From NCBI GenBank assembly GCA_049967475.1, contig JBMFSQ010000001.1, positions 214,600 through 278,599 on the forward strand: a DNA stretch of 64,000 nt, written 5' to 3'. The notes under the pieces are model-generated. The model was not told the origin of the DNA, ran no database searches, and worked only from the letters and a program-made list of their open reading frames with translations. The translations under genes were made by a program, and so were the position numbers. Shown here piece after piece: positions 59,994-64,000 of this stretch. This DNA is from Chthonomonadales bacterium. GTDB lineage: Bacteria; Armatimonadota; Chthonomonadetes; Chthonomonadales; CAJBBX01. Numbering within the stretch: the stretch's first letter is position 1; each line of letters begins with the position of its first letter.

Positions 59994-61187
59994 CTAGTCT
60001 CCTCCCGTTACGCCGGCGTAGGCGGCGCCACCGGCACGATTGGCCAGAGTTGTGCGTGCATCCGCCTCGCCATTCGTAGCCGCGTCAAGTTTTCTCAAGG
60101 CTGCCAGGACGCGGGTGTCTGCTGGTTTCAGTTCCAAACAATGGGTCAAGGCTGCCCGGGCCAAATGGTAATTTCCTTGCTCCAGGGCAAGGTTCGCAAG
60201 CCGCATGCTGAGGTCGAAATTGCCTGGATCCACAGCACACTTCTTGGTAAGGCTGCTCTCCATCTGGCCGAGTTCCCAAAGGTGTTGGAAGCGCTCACGC
60301 GCGGCCTGGGCACGGCGCGCGTCGCCTAGCGCCTGATAGACCATGGCAAGCTCGTAGAACACATCCCGCTTCCCGGGAGCAAGACGCGCTGAAGTTTCGA
60401 GCTCGAGGAGTGCATGCTGCAGGTTACCATTGCGGCGATATAATTTGCCAAGGTAAAGGCGTGGAAAAGGCGCGAGCGGGTTAATCCGGAGGGACTGCAT
60501 AAGTTCTTCTTCCGAGCGTTGGGAGCCCTGGCGGCTTGGGTCGGCTTCGAAGTCGCACATTCCCAGTAAAGCCCATGCCTCCGCATTCTGGGGGTTGCGC
60601 TGCAAGATGCTGGCCAGTACCGGACGCGCTTCGCGGTGGAGGTGTCGGAATGCCAGATTTTCTGCGAGCAGCTTGAGCACTACTTCGTCATGGGGGTCGG
60701 AAGCCAGCATCCGGCGCAGGTAGGTTGCCTCTTGGTTGACCTGGCCCATTCTTGAGAGGAGCAGCGCGCACACGATCAAGGCTGTTTGGTCGTTCGGATC
60801 GCGTTTGAGTACCTCTTGGGCGTTGCGGAGCGCCCCTTGTTCGTCACCCGCGCGAAAGAGGCTGGCCGCCAGCCGGCTCTGGAAGTGCGCGTTCCCCGGA
60901 TCCAGCCGGTGGAGCACTTGGAAGGCGCCGGCAGCGGCGGCCCAATTATCGGTCGCCATATAGAGCTCGCCCAAAGCTTCCCAGGCAGCCCGTTCGGCAG
61001 GAGCCAGTTTGGTTGCCGCCAGCCACTGTTGCTCCGCCTTTCTAGCCTGGCCGAGCGCAGCATAGTGCGCTCCCGCTCGTAGGTACCTCCGGATCGGTTC
61101 GTCGTGCCTTCGGCGAACAATCACCACTGCCCACGCTGCTGCTGCCGCTGCCACCAACACGACGGTTAGCCATTGTTTCCATTGCAT
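59994..61187 (-). CDS. Membrane-anchored TPR protein
   Basis: N-terminal TM; about 8 TPR-like repeats. Confidence 0.88.
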   Translation of the reverse strand: MQWKQWLTVVLVAAAAAAWAVVIVRRRHDEPIRRYLRAGAHYAALGQARKAEQQWLAATKLAPAERAAWEALGELYMATDNWAAAAGAFQVLHRLDPGNAHFQSRLAASLFRAGDEQGALRNAQEVLKRDPNDQTALIVCALLLSRMGQVNQEATYLRRMLASDPHDEVVLKLLAENLAFRHLHREARPVLASILQRNPQNAEAWALLGMCDFEADPSRQGSQRSEEELMQSLRINPLAPFPRLYLGKLYRRNGNLQHALLELETSARLAPGKRDVFYELAMVYQALGDARRAQAARERFQHLWELGQMESSLTKKCAVDPGNFDLSMRLANLALEQGNYHLARAALTHCLELKPADTRVLAALRKLDAATNGEADARTTLANRAGGAAYAGVTGGD

Positions 61188-61229
61188 CGTGTGCGTCGCC
61201 CTCTACGAAGGGGGTAGTATCGGCTCCCT

Positions 61230-61442
61230 TCAGTGAGGAGCGCCAGGCTGTCCTGCGCCGCGGTAAAGGCGCATGCCTTCTTCTTTTGTCCGTGGGGGGT
61301 GGGTTACGTTCATCGAAAGACCTGGGGATGTGTCCACTACAAAGGGACCGGCGAAGTAATGGCGCCACAGGAAGAACCCTATGATCCCCAGGACTATCAC
61401 AGCGATGGCGATGGCGGCAGGAGCGGAGATATTCTGTTTCAC
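61230..61442 (-). CDS. Small single-pass membrane protein (70 aa)
   Basis: GTG start with GGAGG SD; MKQNISAPAAIAIAVIVLGIIGFFLWRH. Confidence 0.75.
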   Translation of the reverse strand: MKQNISAPAAIAIAVIVLGIIGFFLWRHYFAGPFVVDTSPGLSMNVTHPPRTKEEGMRLYRGAGQPGAPH

Positions 61443-61531
61443 AGTGCGCCTCCATTGGTTCGGTGCGGGTGGCGATGAACATCGGACGTCCATCGTGCAG
61501 CCGTCACAAAGGCTTGTTTGTGGTAATGGGA

Positions 61532-61577
61532 GCGGCCGCTGTTCCCCAAATCCTGACCAAATGGGAGCAGCGGCCGT
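61532..61577 (-). terminator. Long stem-loop after the DUF1559 gene
   Basis: GCGGCCGCTGTTCCC / GGGAGCAGCGGCCGT; no U-tract. Confidence 0.5.
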
Positions 61578-61581
61578 TCGG

Positions 61582-62472
61582 CTACTTCAGATCGTAACAG
61601 ACGTCCGTAATGGTTCGCGTGTCGCCCCAGGTGTAATGGACCTGGTTCTTTGAAGCATCCACGTCGGTATTAGGATCCAGCGACCACTGGTTCTGCTTCA
61701 GCGGAAGCACGGTTTGAGCCCAGCGGCGAACCTTGGCATGGCCGTCCCAGAATGTGAAGTTGGCAACCTGGCCCGGCCCGCTCGGATAGGTGGTGCGGTG
61801 ACCCATGAGCCCCTTATGCTGCTGGTTGGGGTCATTGTCTCCCCCGTCGCAGCCGCCGGAGCCCGGGCTCCACCCGGCCCATCCGATGTGGACGTCGGCG
61901 TCGTCCCAGGCAACCTCACCGATGGCAATTGTGTCTGCCGGGCGTACCAAGCGGGCATCGGAGAGCGGGGACGTATCCGTCCACGCGGAGGCGCCCCAAT
62001 CCGTGCCGTAGTTCACCGGCAACCACGTAGTGACCGTGCTGTTCATGCCGTAGCCGATCGGCATCAGGCTGTCCGCCTCGAACATCCATCTTTCACCCTG
62101 TCCGTTTGGGTTCTGGGTGGCCTTGTTCCCTGGGGTCAGCTTCGCATACGGGTTTGAGGGACATGCAAAGATCTGTTTGTTCTTGATGTAGGGCATGACA
62201 ACGTTCTTCCAGATCAGACCTTTGTTGAGGTCGCCGTTGCCCGGTGCCCAAATGCGGATGTTGGGGTACGTCTCGTCGTAATCCTGGCCGTACATACGCA
62301 GCGCAGTGCCGAGTTGACGCATATTCGAGAGGCAGGAGGTCATGCGAGCGCTTTCCCGTGCTTGGGCAAACACGGGAAACAAAATTGCGGCCAATATCGC
62401 GATTATCGCGATCACAACCAGCAGCTCGATCAACGTAAATGCCCGGCCGCCTGATTTTCGGGTTTCTGTCAT
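61582..62472 (-). CDS. DUF1559-type prepilin N-terminal / H-Xn-DG domain protein
   Basis: [53 protein letters not shown]. Confidence 0.93.
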   Translation of the reverse strand: MTETRKSGGRAFTLIELLVVIAIIAILAAILFPVFAQARESARMTSCLSNMRQLGTALRMYGQDYDETYPNIRIWAPGNGDLNKGLIWKNVVMPYIKNKQIFACPSNPYAKLTPGNKATQNPNGQGERWMFEADSLMPIGYGMNSTVTTWLPVNYGTDWGASAWTDTSPLSDARLVRPADTIAIGEVAWDDADVHIGWAGWSPGSGGCDGGDNDPNQQHKGLMGHRTTYPSGPGQVANFTFWDGHAKVRRWAQTVLPLKQNQWSLDPNTDVDASKNQVHYTWGDTRTITDVCYDLK

Positions 62473-62610
62473 GGTTCCGTTCTCCGTTAATTCGAGAGGT
62501 CACAACACCGTAGCCCGAACCGGGGCATCGCTGCAGGTATTACGCAAGTTTTCTTTCCCTAATCACCCCCTCTTCGTGCCGATTTCCGCATCCGAGCGCG
62601 GAATGCCTTT

Positions 62611-62639
62611 TATATATCAGGAAAGCTGACGCCTGCCAA
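62611..62639 (-). promoter_or_regulatory. Putative promoter of the DUF1559 module
   Basis: Minus strand TTGGCA-17bp-TATATA. Confidence 0.5.
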
Positions 62640-62722
62640 GCGGAAGATGGCGGCTTATTCATCCGAGATTGCCGGTATTCGCAGACCCTCGAGAGGAACC
62701 CCACGGCATCTGCAAGGCGGTG

Positions 62723-64000
62723 TCAGTCCATCAGGTTTGGATTGGCGCGGTTGCGGCGGATGATCGTGTTGATGCGGCGGGCGATGTTCTCCGCAGCTTG
62801 TGAGGGCGTTATCTCCCCTTGCCAGATGCGGTCACACTCAGCATCCCGGATGGTGTCCACGTCCAGTTGCTGTACCCATGGCGACTGCTGCTTGAGGCGT
62901 GCATAGCGCATCTCGGTGAGGTACAGGCGGTTATGGCGTTCGTGGGGATAGTGGGGGTTAAACAGGAAACGAGGAGTGAAGCAGAAGCTGCGCACACTGG
63001 GGATGCCGTCGCCGTAATCGGCCACCAGCAGCTCATCCTTCGGTCCGATGAGGTGCCGCAGGAATTCGAAGGCCCAATGCTTCTTGCGCGATGTGCGTGG
63101 AATGGCGTAGATCTTGCTCTCCAGCATGCCTACGCGGTACTTTCCGTGGGGCACCGGTGCAATGTCCCAGTCCAGATCGGGGTTCTTGCGCCATTCGATG
63201 CTCAGCCAGCGGCCCGTGATGATCATGGCAGCTTTCTCGGCCTTGAAGAGGTTCTGGGAGCCGCCCCAACCTCCCAGCGGAGCCATGCTTTGCTCCTCGG
63301 TGGCGCTGGGAGCCACGTGGTACTTTTGGCGCAAAGCCGCCCACCACTCGAAGGCCGACTTGGCTTCCGGTGTGTCCAGCATGCAGCGGGTTCCGTCGGA
63401 GTTGTACCAACTTCCGCCTGCCTGCCACACGAACATCTCCGTCAAGTATGTGGGAGGAAGAACGGTGCCGAATTGCAGAAAGCGACCGGCAGCGTCGCGG
63501 CGGGTAAGGCGTTGGGCGGCTGCGGTGAATTCGTCCCAGGTCCATGAACCATGGGGTTCCTCCACGCCGGCTTCACGGAACAGGCGCCGGTTATAGAACA
63601 GAACGTAGGCCCCGCAATTGTCCGGAAAGCCCAAGATGCGGCCGTGTGCCCGATCCCCATGTTCGTAGATGTATCCGTCCAGTTGAGGCCAGAAGGCGTT
63701 CATGTCAATTCCATAGCGGGCCACCCACGGGCGCAAGTCCTCCAGAACGTCCTTCTGGGCGAACATAGCCACGCTCTGGGGTGAATAGATGGCGAAAACA
63801 TCCGGGGGGACGCCTCCGGCGAGTTGTGTGAGCACGCGTTGAGGGTCCGCACCGGGGTCGTTGATCACATGAACGTTGGGAAAGTCTTCGTTGAATATGC
63901 GGATTTGCAGGGGCCGGATCGGGCTGGGATCCACCACCCAGCGAATGGTGTTGGGATCATCGTCGGGGCGGCCGCATGCTGCCAGGAGTAGAGCCGTTGG
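62723..64000 (-). CDS. Sugar ABC transporter substrate-binding lipoprotein (5' end beyond the window)
   Basis: Lipobox LAAC near the window end; PPDVF, LFYNRRLFREAG, WTWDEF. Confidence 0.92.
   Translation of the reverse strand, partial: PTALLLAACGRPDDDPNTIRWVVDPSPIRPLQIRIFNEDFPNVHVINDPGADPQRVLTQLAGGVPPDVFAIYSPQSVAMFAQKDVLEDLRPWVARYGIDMNAFWPQLDGYIYEHGDRAHGRILGFPDNCGAYVLFYNRRLFREAGVEEPHGSWTWDEFTAAAQRLTRRDAAGRFLQFGTVLPPTYLTEMFVWQAGGSWYNSDGTRCMLDTPEAKSAFEWWAALRQKYHVAPSATEEQSMAPLGGWGGSQNLFKAEKAAMIITGRWLSIEWRKNPDLDWDIAPVPHGKYRVGMLESKIYAIPRTSRKKHWAFEFLRHLIGPKDELLVADYGDGIPSVRSFCFTPRFLFNPHYPHERHNRLYLTEMRYARLKQQSPWVQQLDVDTIRDAECDRIWQGEITPSQAAENIARRINTIIRRNRANPNLMD

Overview
High-GC bacterial chromosomal segment. 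Gene content suggests Armatimonadota (inference): a DUF1559-type prepilin protein, a secretin beside a Firmicutes/Actinobacteria-style dcw cluster carrying DUF881 and DUF1290, and many sugar-utilisation genes. Left to right: a minus-strand carbohydrate block (Gfo/Idh/MocA oxidoreductase, GH29-like+CBM32 enzyme, ABC permease and binding protein) interrupted by an orphan RelE-like ORF; mdh, mnmE, pcrA; GH38 and an aldo/keto reductase; a type IV pilus/T2SS assembly operon (pilX/V/W-like, fused pilMN, pilO, secretin, pilP-like); MBL hydrolase, zinc-ribbon membrane protein and a frameshifted Sel1 gene; ftsEX plus an M23 protein, tRNA-Val, ychF, cysE and a VanW protein; the dcw cluster (mraZ to ftsZ); pgi, GH1, glycosylasparaginase, MFS and M42 peptidase; and a DUF1559/small TM/TPR/CRTAC1-like/TPR module. 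The most unusual element is a lone phage-type helicase loader/inhibitor-like gene (G39P/DUF6475-like) just upstream of mraZ. It has a near-consensus promoter and a repeat-rich leader that may be structured. All family assignments come from motif recognition by eye, not database searches. No CRISPR array, IS element or intact prophage was seen.
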